Position numbers and translations under genes: made by a program. This document shows positions 25,257-38,700 of a stretch of 64,000 bases of DNA, one piece after another; the stretch's first letter is position 1, and every line of letters begins with the position of its first letter. This DNA comes from Hydrolagus affinis. Its lineage: Eukaryota. The notes below the pieces were generated by a model. It worked only from the letters and a program-made list of their open reading frames with translations, made no database searches and was not told the DNA's origin. The stretch is taken from the NCBI GenBank assembly GCA_012026655.1, contig JAAILG010001558.1, positions 1 to 64,000 of the forward strand, read 5' to 3'.

Positions 25257-25651
25257 CTAGGAGAACCAAAAGTAATCAAATTGGAAATCAAATATATAGA
25301 TGAGGAGTGTCATACATTTACACTGCATTTTATTGTCAAAAGAGCAGCAGCTTATTAAAATGCTATAAACAATTTCTTGTGTCAATCTCACGTTCAGCTT
25401 CAAGCATGCAGAGTATGTTAGACTTTAATGGCATCAGTGTACAGTGCTATAGAATAGAAATTAATCATTTACTTATTATCTAGTTATCATCTAAGTTATT
25501 CACTTATATCGAATGCCACTGTACACTGAAGCTCACATAGATTACTACAGCATGGAAACAGGCTGTTAGGCCCAAATGCTTATAGGTTTCAAAAGTATTA
25601 AAGATCCGTTCATAGTAAAGTACAAGATAAGTTGTTTTCAAATGTACTTAC

Positions 25652-25810
25652 TGTTACCGGAAATCCTTCATATTCAAGGCGCATCTCTGGGTCTAAGTAT
25701 ATAACCTGCCAACAACCCAAGAATGTGGGCTCATCAATCAAATTTACTTCCTGCATCCGTGATTTTGGAGCATACTTCTGAAACGTTTTGTGATCACTAG
25801 TCAGATACAA
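25652..25810 (-). CDS. CFAP161: CFAP161 exon 5 (LYLTSDHKTF...DPEMRLEYEGFPVT)
   Basis: TTTTTTTAG| and |GTAAGT; 159 nt, phase 0 to 0. Confidence 0.96.
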
Positions 25811-25941
25811 CTAAAAAAATCAAAAAAACAAAAGGAAATGGCTCAGGGAAATGAGCATTAAGATAAATAATAGTCCTCAATTTTCTCCTTTACTTTATTC
25901 ATACAAACAATAACTGATGATAATAAAAGAGATCTACTGTA

Positions 25942-26062
25942 TAATAATAATAATACTTGTATTTGATATAACGCTTTTCACGGATTCTAGACGTCTCAAG
26001 GCGCTTCACAGAATATACTGTAAAGTGAATTGACTGTATATATGTGGGCGAAACGCTGCAAC
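25942..26062 (-). mobile_element. SINE 3' fragment in CFAP161 intron 4
   Basis: Family tail in reverse orientation. Confidence 0.75.
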
Positions 26063-26166
26063 CACAACAACAGCAACAACAAAATTACATGTAAAGGGCA
26101 TCTTTCACATTGGGAGGATTGAACAAAAGCTGCAGCCAACCGCTCTGTAAGTAAGGCTTAATGTAC

Positions 26167-26248
26167 CTTTCCACCATATTCTTCAGTTGTTCTGAGTGCA
26201 AAGTTCTGCCCATATCTGAGTGTCTCACCTCCTTTAGACTCATCAACA
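26167..26248 (-). CDS. CFAP161: CFAP161 exon 4 (SVDESKGGETLRYGQNFALRTTEEYGGK)
   Basis: AAG| and |GTACAT; 82 nt, phase 2 to 0; LRYGQ motif. Confidence 0.92.
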
Positions 26249-27105
26249 CTTTGGGTGACAAGAATAGCATGAATGTACAAAATGTGACGAACAAAATCAT
26301 GCAGGATGTTGCCAACAGACAATAAACATTAAATTTACACTTTCCCAAGTCTCAAGCGTCTATCTGTTGGTTTCATTAAAAAAAAATCACAGCAACACCG
26401 CCTACAGTACTTATTTAGGTTACACTTGGCTGCGTAGGTCACAAATGTAATCACTGCAGATTACATTTGGGATTCATGATATATATCTTGGCTTGATTCT
26501 ACCGTTCAACCTGCCCATTTCAGATTTACAAGACTCATCTTGGAAGTTTAAACAAGAGCTGTTTGTAATTGAAATAATAATATGATAATAATACTTCCAT
26601 TTGATGTTGTACCTCAGAATAATACTGATCTTTGCATTTGATATGCCTTATCACGTTGATGAGACATCTCAAAGATCTTCATGAGCTACATTAAAATGGT
26701 GTGACCGTGTGTGTATTATGGGCAATATTTTGTTGAAGTCTCAAAGTGTTTCGTAGGATTTTACAGTGAAGTATAGTGACCGTGCCTTTGTAAGTGAATG
26801 TAGCAGCCAATTTGTACACAGCAATGTCCCCCAAACAGGCATGAAGTGAGTGACCACTTTTTGTTTGTAGGCGACTGCTGCGCGCAAATTGGTTGCCTTG
26901 TTTGTTTTCAAAAACAAGGTCACTATATTTCACAGCAATTACCTTTGAAGTGCTTTGGAATTTTTGATGTTATAGGCACTATAACAAATGCAATGTTTAT
27001 TGTGTTATTAAAATGAATAGCTGTGGAAAAAGAACTAGCAGTTGTGTTGAATTCACAACAAACATTAAGTCAGGAACAATTTTTCACAGTACTTAATATT
27101 CTCAC

Positions 27106-27344
27106 CTTGTAATTATAAATGTATTTCTGATACAAGGGTATAATATTGAGCAGGCGCTCACTGCACAGGGTGCTATGACTCGTTTATCCCTAATATATTT
27201 GCTCTCATCAGCATTCAGAGCCAGCGATAGAGATTCATGGGCAGGATGGATACTACCAAACTTGTTTGTTTCATTGTTTGGACAAACAATCATCACCATG
27301 TCACCAAAATGAACAGCCCCATCACAGGAATTGGTTAGATCAGT
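27106..27344 (-). CDS. CFAP161: CFAP161 exon 3 (TDLTNSCDGAVHFGDMVMIV...PCIRNTFIIT)
   Basis: TTTAG| and |GTGAG; 239 nt, phase 0 to 2. Confidence 0.94.
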
Positions 27345-28712
27345 CTAAACAGAATTGGAAGAAAAAGAAATAGATATAAATTCAACTAATCGTGTTTAAT
27401 GGAAGATACATCCAGACAAATTGATATTGAAGCGATTATGGTATTCCTAATCTCTCCAAGACTTTTAGACGATATCATGACATACAAGAGTGAAATTTAA
27501 GTTGAAGCCTCTAATCACCATTTTCAGTTGAAGCATTCTAGTATTGTGTTGATCTCTAGTCCTTTGGAACATCCTATCAATGTGAAAGGAGTTCTCTAAA
27601 TTTAAATTGTATTGTGATCACTGTAGTTACAAACCAATCAGTAGCTATATACCATATACCTTTATGACAATCTGCCAAGTTTAGTCACATTGATTACAGC
27701 TACTGAGGTGGTGTTGATAAATTCAAATGGCTGAGGATTTTTTTGTCATACCTTCTTTATGGCTACTTTTATAAATTAAGATATGAATTTTAAATGTTTG
27801 CAGTAAATGCTAGAGTTTTACAGAGTCACGTGCTTCAATTAACTTTCTTTTGTCATCCAAAGTGAAACATGTTGAACTCTCTGCAAAAATGAAATATTAT
27901 TTCAAGGCATATGTCTTAAAAATTCAAGTTATTTTTTGGATTATAAAAATTCAACTACTACAAATTACATTTTATCGTGCCTTTCACATCGGGAGGACGT
28001 CCCAAGGCACTGGGCAGTCAAGGAGTTGTTTATTCTAAAATATTCCGGGTATGGATTGCTATGTTCCAACTTTATAGAAATTAAATCCCATAGATTGTCC
28101 TTGTTAGGACTGCCATTAAGAATGCAAAAAAAGTTATCAACCAAAGTTGTCTTTTGTTTAAAAGCAATCTGTGAAATTGTTTTCAGATTTGCTTATGATA
28201 GTTAGTTCTGCTCCTCCAGACTTAGCTGCCAATGGCCAATATAGATTAGTGAAGAAATGTAGATTCTATGATGAAAAAGTTTACTAAATTGGTTGTAAAT
28301 CCTGATACTACCACTAAGCAACTGAGCAGCTGGTGTGTGACTAGTTGTTTCTCGTAATACCTCAAAGACTAAATTATTATTTCCTTTGGGGGTTTCCTAT
28401 TTTATACAATACAAGTTACATCTATATATAGTCTTACACATCAAGGAAACGTCTCAAAGCATTTCACACAGATAATCTGATTTTAATCTTATTTTAGAGG
28501 TTTATTGTGCGGTATTGATTATTTATAAAAGGAGATGATTATGTAATAATAATAATCCGTGCATTTGATAGGCGCCTTATCACGTCTTTGCGATGCCTCA
28601 AAGAAATAACTTTGTTCCATAATTTGGTGGAAAATCTGTAACAGAATTTATATGTAACGGCAGGATCTTTCAGAAACAAACAGAAGTCTTAAATAGGAAA
28701 TAGGTTCATCAC

Positions 28713-28802
28713 CTTTTGCAGTAGCTTCTTCTTAAAAAACCCAGTCTTTTGTATCAGAAGTTCCCCCCTTTCCTTTTTTTTGATGAAGTTTTTGAGGACT
28801 TC
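28713..28802 (-). CDS. CFAP161: CFAP161 exon 2 (EVLKNFIKKKERGELLIQKTGFFKKKLLQK)
   Basis: TTTTAG| and |GTGAT; 90 nt, phase 0 to 0; resembles human ELMKDFLEKRDKGKLLIQR. Confidence 0.93.
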
Positions 28803-29943
28803 CTAAAAGATTTTAAAGAAAATATAAATTAAGTTCAGTGTTCCAGTATTGCATTCCAGTGTCAGTCTAGCCCTAGACTATGAGTTCAAAGTCCGAATGT
28901 TGGACTTGAACCAGCTATTTTATGGAAGCCTGCTGATCCAGAGTCCTGCCATCAAATCAGGGTTATGAATAATTATTACCATGTAATTTAAAAAAACCTA
29001 AGACATTGACTGAAAAGGTATTAAAACAACAACACATTACATTTGTATAGCGCCTTCCACAGAAGTTGATTGTACATGGAAAGTAGTGTATTACACGGGT
29101 GATATAAACAAAACATCATATTATGATATCATACTATTAAAACACTCTCCACTAGATGGAGTCTGTGCTCTAATATTTTGAAGATTTATGTATATTCTGT
29201 ATACAGTATAGCTCCCATTCAGAAGCTCAAATGTATAGGGTTGAGCAAGAACAACAACTTCCACTTATATAGTGGCCTCCACGCCAGGCAGTATCTCAGA
29301 GCATTTAACAATGGCAGAACCTGACTCTGATCTGGGGTTGGGGGGACAAGCACTGGGAGAACTTAATCCCTAAACCTTGACTCTGGCCAACTTGTTCCTA
29401 ATACTCTTACAGAATTAGAATGAATTCGAACTAATCAGAACTGGAAAATTAGAAACGCATATAGCCCTTTGGGACATGCCCTCGACACGAAAGCACTATA
29501 CAAATGTAAGTTGTTGTTGTTTTAACAGATTGAATAAGCATACAATCCATAAATCTGGCTGTGTTGTGTGGAAATAGTTATGTTGCTGAATGCTATGATT
29601 TATGTTCTCTCTGGTTAACTCTACACTAACGAACAGTAAAGGAATTAAAGGACAAGAGACACAGAGCTTCCAGTCTCCATCAAAAGGGCTTTTGCCTTCC
29701 GTTAATATCGGGGATTGGAGAGTTGGGGGTAGCCAGATAGCATCTTAAAAGTGAGAGTGAAGAAGCATCAAAGCAGATATATTAATAAAAACTCTCAAAA
29801 AGGCTGGATTTGTCTGTAAAAACCATACTTTCTCCCATACTTAATCCTCACCCCCACCCACCCCCACCCACTCTACTCAGAAATAAAGGAGATTGGTGAG
29901 TCAGGATGGGGGAGGGGGAATGATGAGGTTATAAAGTAATAAA

Positions 29944-30170
29944 ATAATAATCCTCGCATTTGATAGAACGCTTTTCATGTCTTCTGAGCATCTCAAAGCG
30001 CTTCACAGAACATACTGTAAAGTGAATTGACTGTATATTTGTGGGCGAAATGCGGCAGCCAATTGCGCACAGATGTGTCTCCCCCTCCCTCCCCCCCTAA
30101 ACAGTCATAGATTGAGTGTGACCAATATATTTATTGGTCTATTTTTTATTGAGGGATCGTTATTAGACGC
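29944..30170 (-). mobile_element. SINE, 5'-truncated, in CFAP161 intron 1
   Basis: Family tail and body in reverse orientation. Confidence 0.8.
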
Positions 30171-30277
30171 GCGTTACAAATTACGACGATGAAATTAAAG
30201 TTAAGTCTCTTCACAAGAGGACACGGCATATACCCCAACCTTTCCCCCTCACAGACCCCATGCCCCCTTTCCCTCAC

Positions 30278-30346
30278 CTCCTCCAGGCAGATGTCTTCAG
30301 CCCAGTTGTGGATCCGAACCCCTGAGTTATAAATTCTCTCAGTCAT
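30278..30346 (-). CDS. CFAP161: CFAP161 exon 1 (MTERIYNSGVRIHNWAEDICLEE)
   Basis: ATG at 30346, donor GAG|GTGAG; 69 nt; resembles human MAQNVYGPGVRIGNWNEDVYLEE. Confidence 0.95.
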
Positions 30347-30493
30347 CGCAATCAGGCTGTGCTGACACCAAACAAAGCCTTCGAACAAACCTTGATATCA
30401 ATGTGTGTATGTGTGTGTATGTGTGGTGGGGTGGGAGGGTGGTCTTATAACTGGAGACCCTAGACACAGAGCCAGCTGTAGCTTACAGTCATT

Positions 30494-30568
30494 TGTTTAC
30501 CCGTGTCCCTTGGCAACCGGCGTCCAGTAACGTCACCAGATTGGGCGTCTTCACGCCCAATCGGGCGG
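30494..30568 (-). promoter_or_regulatory. CFAP161 proximal promoter: forkhead TGTTTAC, RFX X-box-like TGTCCCTTGGCAAC, CRE-like TAACGTCA, paired CCAAT boxes, GC box
   Basis: Motifs at 30494-30500, 30504-30517, 30528-30535, 30539-30562 and 30563-30568, in a CpG-containing patch 150-220 bp upstream of the ATG. Confidence 0.75.
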
Positions 30569-31103
30569 GTTTACCTCTGGTGGTGACTTTAACGCTATGG
30601 TGTGCGAATAAGAGAGAGAAAGAGAGAGAGAAATAATAATAATCATCATTTTTAAACCTGCAAAACCCTGTATTTTATTATTTTTTTCTTCTTTTGAAGA
30701 TCTTTTCCCTGAATCTAAATGATCCAATCTACTGGCAGTAACGTTGGGCTATTATTTGTATGTATGTGGTGGACTTTGAACTACAAAATGATCCCAGCAT
30801 CGACTTGGATGTGTTTGATCTTGTGCGTGTAACCAACCCTCTTCTCTCTGGTTTAATTTTCTCCCTCCCTCTCCCTGGCTTCTGTTTGGGGAATATAAAC
30901 GTCAGATTGCTGTAGCTGTTGATTGATTCTGCATAATTCATCTCCAAAGGCAGACTTCAGGATATATTTTATACAATTTCATAATTTAATATGAATAAAA
31001 TAAGAGAGATTCATGTCTAGTGCTGATATTAAAAGCCTTTGGTGTTCAATGCTAATTTCTTTTTAATGATGACGTGGTTTGTTGAACGAGCTATTCTAAC
31101 AGG

Positions 31104-31360
31104 TGGAGTCCTCTAGTTCAGTGGTTAGAGTACTCCGTTTTGCAAGTGAGAGACCTGGGTTCAATTCCCTCGAACAAACGATAACAAATCGGTCATTTCA
31201 ATCCACGACTGTTTGTGGGACACTGCAGTGTGCAATTGGCTGTTGCGTTTCACCCACAAAGTATGCAGTCAGTTCACTTTACAGTATATCCTGTGAAGCG
31301 CTTTGAGACGTCTAGAAGACATGAAAAGCGCTATATCAACTGCAAGGATTATTATTATTA
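31104..31360 (+). mobile_element. tRNA-derived SINE with internal deletion
   Basis: tRNA head joined almost directly to GGTCATTTCAATCCACGACTG body; (ATT)n tail. Confidence 0.85.
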
Positions 31361-34300
31361 TCATCACCTTGCCATCCAAAGAAAGGATCGTTATCTGATT
31401 TGTGAAACCGCACCACAATCTGTGGAACTCAAGTACAGCTCAAATACCACCAAGCCTCACGGTACCAACATCCCTACAGGGAATATTTCTAGTAAAGGAG
31501 CCTAAACAGTTACTCATTGCGCCACACAATACACTATTTACATTTGTATAGTGCCTTTCATGTCAGGGGGAGCCTCCCAAAGCACTTAACATTGCTGGCT
31601 GGACACTGGAACGGAGGGTAGGAGCTGATGGGAAACCGATGCAAGCACTGATAATTAATTCTACAGTTTAGTAATTTGACTGCACATTGAAACAGATTAG
31701 GCATAATCACTTCAAAATATGCAATGTATACGTACCACCTATTCAGTATTCTTCTGAGTGAAAATCAAGGCGGGCACTATACCGGCTAACATATTGCTGT
31801 CACAGAGAGAAACTGAAATGCTCCATTATCAAGTCCAAATAGATGATCAGAAACACTCAACAAAATGAATTTATAAATCTATTCAATAAATACTTCAGCT
31901 TTAGAAATATGCTTCATTTAACATTCTAATCATTTCATAATCATTTCATTTTACCACTATTTTTAAATGTATTCCGCAACGAAACCTTCTGTACTTAGAG
32001 TAAATCAATTTGTGTCCTTGCTTTTAGTTAGAATAAATCTATTCTGTGGGCTTTTGTTTCTGCCTTCTCAACAAGACTTGTTAATAAAAAAAATTCAAAC
32101 TTTAATTTATTTTAAAGAGATGTATTCTTGTTTGTATTTCTACAGTTAAGTGCTTTTCAAACTAAATTGTACGTAGAGGGTCATATAAACAACTTCAAGA
32201 AATTGTCATTCTTGTCAGCTTTTAAAATGTGATGCCAATCTCTTTTTCATTTGCACTTTGATTCCCAAAGGAAACATTTTCTGTTTGAGTTCATATTGTG
32301 TTGCTATCCGTGGCCAATCAGAAATATGCTCACCGGGAACAACCAAATTGTTTGTTTAATAGAAAATGAGTTTGCAATGAATAAAAAAGGTCTGAGATTG
32401 TGGCTTATTCCTTGGGACCACCATTTTTCACATAAAAGAAACTGCTGAGACTCATTCTGATATATATGCAACAGTTGTTCCAATGCATATCTTTAGAGCT
32501 AATTCTGAATGTCAGCCATATATACAACTTGAGAAATGGATAGAGCCGTTGTACTCATTGATAATCAGAAGATTTAGCGATGTTTGTGTGCATGCTATTC
32601 TTTTCAAATCATCAAATGTTTCAGTACGGAAACAGACCATTTAGCCCTTTAAATCAGTGCTGGTGTATTGCCCCACACCCCACATGCATTAATCTTACTC
32701 AATTGTCATCCATAATGTTTAATATTCCTCTATTTGGATTATCAATGCAATTCTTATTTTAATGAAATTCAGAGACGGTGGTGTGTGACAGCAAATGCCA
32801 TGTTCCAACCATCCTCTGAGTCAAAACCCACACAAAAAAAATTAAAGTTTTTAACAAAATCAAAGCAGATAGCACTTTGCATTTGAAAGAGGTAAATGGG
32901 ACTAGTTTTATTTTATACTAGATTTAAATTGAGAAGTACAGTTTGATGCTCCACAGAAAGAGAATATCTAACCCTTGCAACTTTGAGCATGATCATGGAA
33001 TAGACCACAGCTTTAAGCTTCCATTTCAAGGAAATTTCAGACTAAGAAAAAAGATGGAAACTGGGAAAAACAAGACATTCAAAATTAATTCTGCCAGCTA
33101 AGTGCAACATCACCAGGATAGATAATGATGTACTAATAAATTCTGGGGAATCTTAATACTGAATCTACAAGGTGGGGCAACAGATTTTGTTGTGAAAATG
33201 TTACAACTATTCTATTTACAGCTATTGTTAAAACACATGTGTTTGTTTTATTTACTGTAACATTTATGCCTAAAATTAATGTGAAAACACAACATTCTAA
33301 GCAGACCATAAGATGTTGATTGATTTTGAGTGTCTTTTGAAGAAAATAAATTGAATCCATGTTACTATTCTGAATAACTAATGGAATTAATCTTCAAAAT
33401 ATCGCATGACATATCTAGCTAAATGTTTAGTTTATCTCTGCTGCTTTTTGAAATATTTTACTTATATATTTATTTCATGTGGGATTTTCAAATATATATA
33501 TATATAATTTATTTGTTCTTGGTTCACTCAGTACCATTCTAATTCAGAATTGTAGACAGAAGAGATGTTCTCAGGAATCCATTAATTCCAGACATGAACC
33601 CATTCGCTCAGACATGCTCAAGGGCACACAGCCGAGGTGCAATTTGAAATCTCCCTTGTTTTTGTGAGGCAAGCTTGAGATTGGTAAACGGGCATGCAGG
33701 AGAGACCTGTATCCTGAGCTCCTTGATACACCGGTATAGTCACTTTTCAACATCTCTTTGGTGTTGCGCGGTGCTAATCAACTGCTTCCTCATTCAGACC
33801 AAATAATCCTGACAATTTACTGCAGTGCTTTGTATAGATGGGAGAAGTATACAATGAGCGGCAGAAACATTGGAGGAACCTTTGGTTAGTGTGAGATTTA
33901 CTGCTTCTAAATCAATGTTCAGGGAAAATATAGCCATGGGCAACAAAGCAACACAGTATAAATCCTTCATTGCTATAATATAATAACCAAACTCCTTGAT
34001 TTTTTTTTGCACTCAACGGGAGGCTTTGGATCAAAAAGCTATTGATTTGAATTGAATCTTTTCTGTGGTGAGGGCAAAGGGATACGTGGATTTTTTCACA
34101 CGCCTTTGGTCACAAGTTCAAGTTGCACGAATAGGTGATTCTCAGACTTGAGTGCAAATGTATGTGAGAAGTTACCATCCACGTTTTAACTGAGAACCTT
34201 AGATAGTTAACTCTGGAAAAAGTACCATTGAGTACTTTGTCACACCATGTGATAAATGTATTTCCTAGCAAGGAAATTCACTGGCAGCGTCGACTACTGA

Positions 34301-35418
34301 AGCAGTTTGTCTACTTCTAGCTTGTGGAGGACAGATGGAAACACTAACCAGCTTGAATTGAATAAATAAATATAGGAAACTAAATGCAAATGAATACGGA
34401 AAGTTGCTCTGAATTGTTTTAAAAGTCTGCGCATTTTCTCAAGCTCACAAAATTTCAGGATACAATTGGAATGCTCGTTAAGCATCTGTACAAAGAACAT
34501 ACAAATCTATCAACTAAAACTATAGAAAACATAGCGCCCAAATAATTTGTTTTTTTGCTTAATGAAGTAATGTCAATATCTTCAAACTTGCAAACCACAG
34601 TTCATTGATAGAACCATAGAATTTTACACCATAGACGAAGGCTAGGAGGTAATTGTGAGACGGTTGCAATCTACGATTACAATACTTATGGTAGTAACAA
34701 ACCACAACAAATCTCCATAAAAACAATACAATTTCCAGTATTATTACTGACACAAGCGACATGAAACAGGGGCAAAGGCTTTAAACAGTTCAGATTTTAT
34801 TTAAATGTAAAAAGTGGGGGCATTTCATAGAAAGGAAAAGGTGTGGACATAAACTAGGTGATAGGTACAATAGTTACAATTTGTCATAATTTGTCAAAAT
34901 GTCACAACCAAATCTGTTATCAGATAAACAGCTTAATTAAATGTGTAACATTAAATGTGTTACAGTTAATTAGAAAGAACCAGTAACTATTTCATGTCAA
35001 ACTAAATTTTAAAAGTTTGTTTTGGTTAATTTAATCATAAATTATGATTTATGCCATAATTTTCAAATATAACATATGGGACGTATCATGAATTGGGTTT
35101 GAAAGTGGGTGTATTTGCAAGTGCAATTCAGATTAATGCTTTTATTATTCAGCAATCTTTACTCAGGCCTTCAGGTATGATTCTGACAATCCTATTTCTA
35201 CTTGATGAAAAATGCAGGTTCATTCTTTTTCTAAGCATGGAATAATTTGCCAATGAAGATGGATAATGTGGGCAATTTCAAGAGTGATAGATACAGTAGT
35301 TACATTTTGTTGCTTTGGGGACTAGACAAGATAGGGAGAGATTGTATTTGAAAATGGAACCAGCCAGATGGACTGTAGTCTTGCACATTTCTATATTCCA
35401 AAAATAGGGCATAGTTAA

Positions 35419-35703
35419 TTAATCCTTACATTTGATATAACTCTTTTCACGTCTTCTAGATGTCTCAAAGCACTTCACAGAATATACAGTGCTGTATATA
35501 TATATGGGTGAAATGCAATTGCACACAGCAGTGTCCCACATACAGTCGTAGATTGAAATGACCAATTTATTATTGTTTTTTTGAGGGATTATTATTAGGC
35601 GTGTGGAGTAAGGAAACTTGCCCAAGGTTTCGCCCTGCCTGGAATTGAACCCAGGTCTCTCACTTGTAAGGCGAGTGCTCTAAACACTGAGCTACAGGAC
35701 TCC
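35419..35703 (-). mobile_element. tRNA-derived SINE, full length
   Basis: Reverse complement of family consensus. Confidence 0.9.
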
Positions 35704-38700
35704 ACAAACTGCCATATAGTGGTAGAAATAATAAAATATTTATTGCTTCTCTCTCTCCCTCCAGTAAAATGGAGTTGGCACTGCTTGCCAACCAAACTCC
35801 CTTAAATTCGGTGAGTTGCACAGTTTAGCTATGCAGAGCGCTATACAAAAGATCATCATTGTTGAATCAGGGCCATCCTAAATCACAGCTCCTGCTGAGT
35901 GTTCGCAGAACATTAACAGGCATTGTGAGGAAGCTTGCAGCCAGAGCATCCCGTGCATTACCAGTGGGAAGCATTGATCTGCAAGGAGAAAGGTAGCAAC
36001 AACAACAGCAACACAACAACAGCAACCTATTTCACAAGCCATGGACATCTCTGTATCATGTTACTGTTTTTCATGATATCCTATAGATGCCTCTTGATTA
36101 CATCCTATAAACTGAAACCATGTTTCCTCAGTTGAAGGACTGCTTCAAGTTTTGTGTTTAATGCAATCCTAGATTCATAATTACACAGTCATGTGTGTGT
36201 GCTTTTTGTTACCAGGATGTACTTCTACTGAGTTTTACTTTGATTGCAAAATGGACTTCTGAAAAGTGGGGTGTTTCTAGAAAAATATTCCATTGGTGTG
36301 TCATTTTGCTTTTTCTAACGTCTGCTGATTAAGCTCGTTGCAGGCAGGATGCCGGGCAGACTGCTGTTCAGTTCTGTGTCTGTTAAGGAAGTGAGCCACA
36401 CCTCAGCTAAAATGGGCAAAACATCCTTCGCAAACAGGCCACTGGGTAGTGCTGCTAAGCATCAGTGGTCACCGTGAGGAACTGATCGTACAAAGCACAC
36501 TTCGCACAAGGCATGCAGCTGAGAAAAACAAATATCGAAGAAGTCCCTTGAGTGCATGCACATTTGCTGATCTATTGATAGTGCTTGATTTTCTTACAGT
36601 GATTTAAAAAAAAAGAAATTATTATTAGTTGATAGAAACTCTCGTTAGTTAAACAGTTCCAGGTCCAAAAACAATCCAGCACATGATTTACCTGCATCTT
36701 TCCCTCTTATATTAAGCGTATTATTGCAATAATAACTTTGCAGACTGTGGCTGCTCAACAACAGACTGTGGCTGCAATTTGGAAGAGATACTTCCTGCAG
36801 TTGTTCAATTTATTCCAAGCATTATGAACGCGACAGGTATAAATCTCCCCCCATGTACTCCATTGAAAGCTCTCAGGTTTTGGCCCAGGATTGCCCAAGA
36901 ACCTTCAATGGACCATATTTTTAAAAATTATCCACTGAGCCATCGAGATATTAACAGGAGAACTCTGAAATTTAGGTGCACACTTTTTAATTGCTCCGAT
37001 GCCAAGTTGAAGACTTTCCACTATTACTCTAGTCTACGACTCTACTGCTCGGAGTGATAGTGAGACAGCTGTTGAAAAGCTGTGTCATCTTAATGCTATC
37101 ATGTTGATATTCTGGGATTATGAGATCAAAATTGTTGAGTCGCCTTCTTCATCCAATTTTCATGTCATTATATTACCCAGACTTTAACCTTCAGACCTTC
37201 AGTTTTCCAAGGAGCAATGGGTGAATGAATTTCTCTTGTTGCTTAGCTGGCACTGTTATCAGTCACTGTGTGCTTATTGATCAGCGCACAGGAATATATT
37301 TGGTGGACGTACTGAATGTGAGCAGATTGATCACTTAAACCCACAGCGACAAAGAAGTGAAGGAGCAGAGAGATTTAGGAGAAGCAGGTACATGAATGGG
37401 CTGAATTCTGAATACCAAACGTGGCTAATATCCTGGAAACAGGTGAATAATGGCCAGTTGGGTGAGATATTGGGCATTGCCTGTGCGACCCGACTGACTA
37501 TACGACTGTCCCTAACACTAAAAGAAAATGAAATCCAAGCATATTTTAACAGAAGGGGAGAAGAGGAGTGGAGTAAAATTGGCAGAACAAGAGGTAACAT
37601 TAAGTTAGCTGTCTTATCTCAGACTTCTAACTTATTTAACTTTCATGTAAACAAAGGCCCCTTTCCATGAGGTAATTTCCTACAAATGACTGGATCGTCA
37701 AACATCTACAAAACTAAAACACCATGTTCAAAACGTAACGGCTGAGGTTGGGGTGGGTGGGATCACACCAGTTTGCCAGGTCAGTGATTTTGGAAGAGTA
37801 TGATTCAAACATTCGCAGTAACTCCATCAGAAACGGAGTCAGAAATCTGGACAGACATCCCATTCAAATCAAGTAATACCCATGTAATTTATGCTGAATT
37901 TACCCTATGATACCGCTGCCAATGACAGCCCCAATCTCAATAGCAACTCTTTAAGGTAAATGAGGTGGAACGGCTGCTTTCAAAGGTTCTGACACCCATC
38001 GAAATATAATAAAAATAATCAGTGCATTTGATATGGCGCCTCTCTTGTTAGGATGACGTCTCAAAGGACTTCTTCGCAGGATACACTGTAAAGGATAGTG
38101 ACTGCATTCTTTGGAAGAATGAATATGTGATCTCTTGGCATCTCTGGTGGCTGCAGGACTGGGCCAGCAAAGTAAATGATGCTCCAGAAGTCAATTAACA
38201 GTTGCAGTTTCCTGACCTCTGATAGACCTCCGCAGTCTGTTGGCAAGTTCTACCAGACAAAGGATAAAGGGTACGAACAAGACTTTCAAACGAGTGCATA
38301 TATGTGAGCTCGGGCCCATTTAGTATGTCGTTACCATTGCATGTTTCAACCTGAAACACGTCTGCGACATTAAAACAAGAGCATATCCCTTTCTTGTAAC
38401 ATCATGGCTTTGGGATGCATTTCTGATGTTCCTTAAAGAAAAACTGATTAGCTCTCGGTAAAATTAGTTTGATTTATTTTTGAATGATTACACTTGTTTA
38501 GCTCCCCAGCTGAAATAGGAAGGGAGAAGGGATGTGACTACTGTAATGGAGTTCCACAAAGATCTTTTCCAGTCACTGTCACCTAAATTAATTAGCGGAC
38601 ACCAAATATGCGGACAAGTGAATAATATGAGAAGGCTGTTCACGTAGAAATGCCAAGGTGTGTCAGGTAGATTTTAACGTAAGGAAATTCTAAATGGTGG

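Larger units (their letters stand above)
24081..30346 (-). other. CFAP161: CFAP161 (C15orf26 ortholog), complete 7-exon CDS, 939 nt, 312 aa
   Basis: Exons of 69+90+239+82+159+74+226 nt splice into one open frame matching recalled human CFAP161 (GVRIGNWNED, RNTFII, LRYGQ, LYLSSDH, DPQLRLEYEGFPV, INHCHTN, NHW). Confidence 0.96.
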
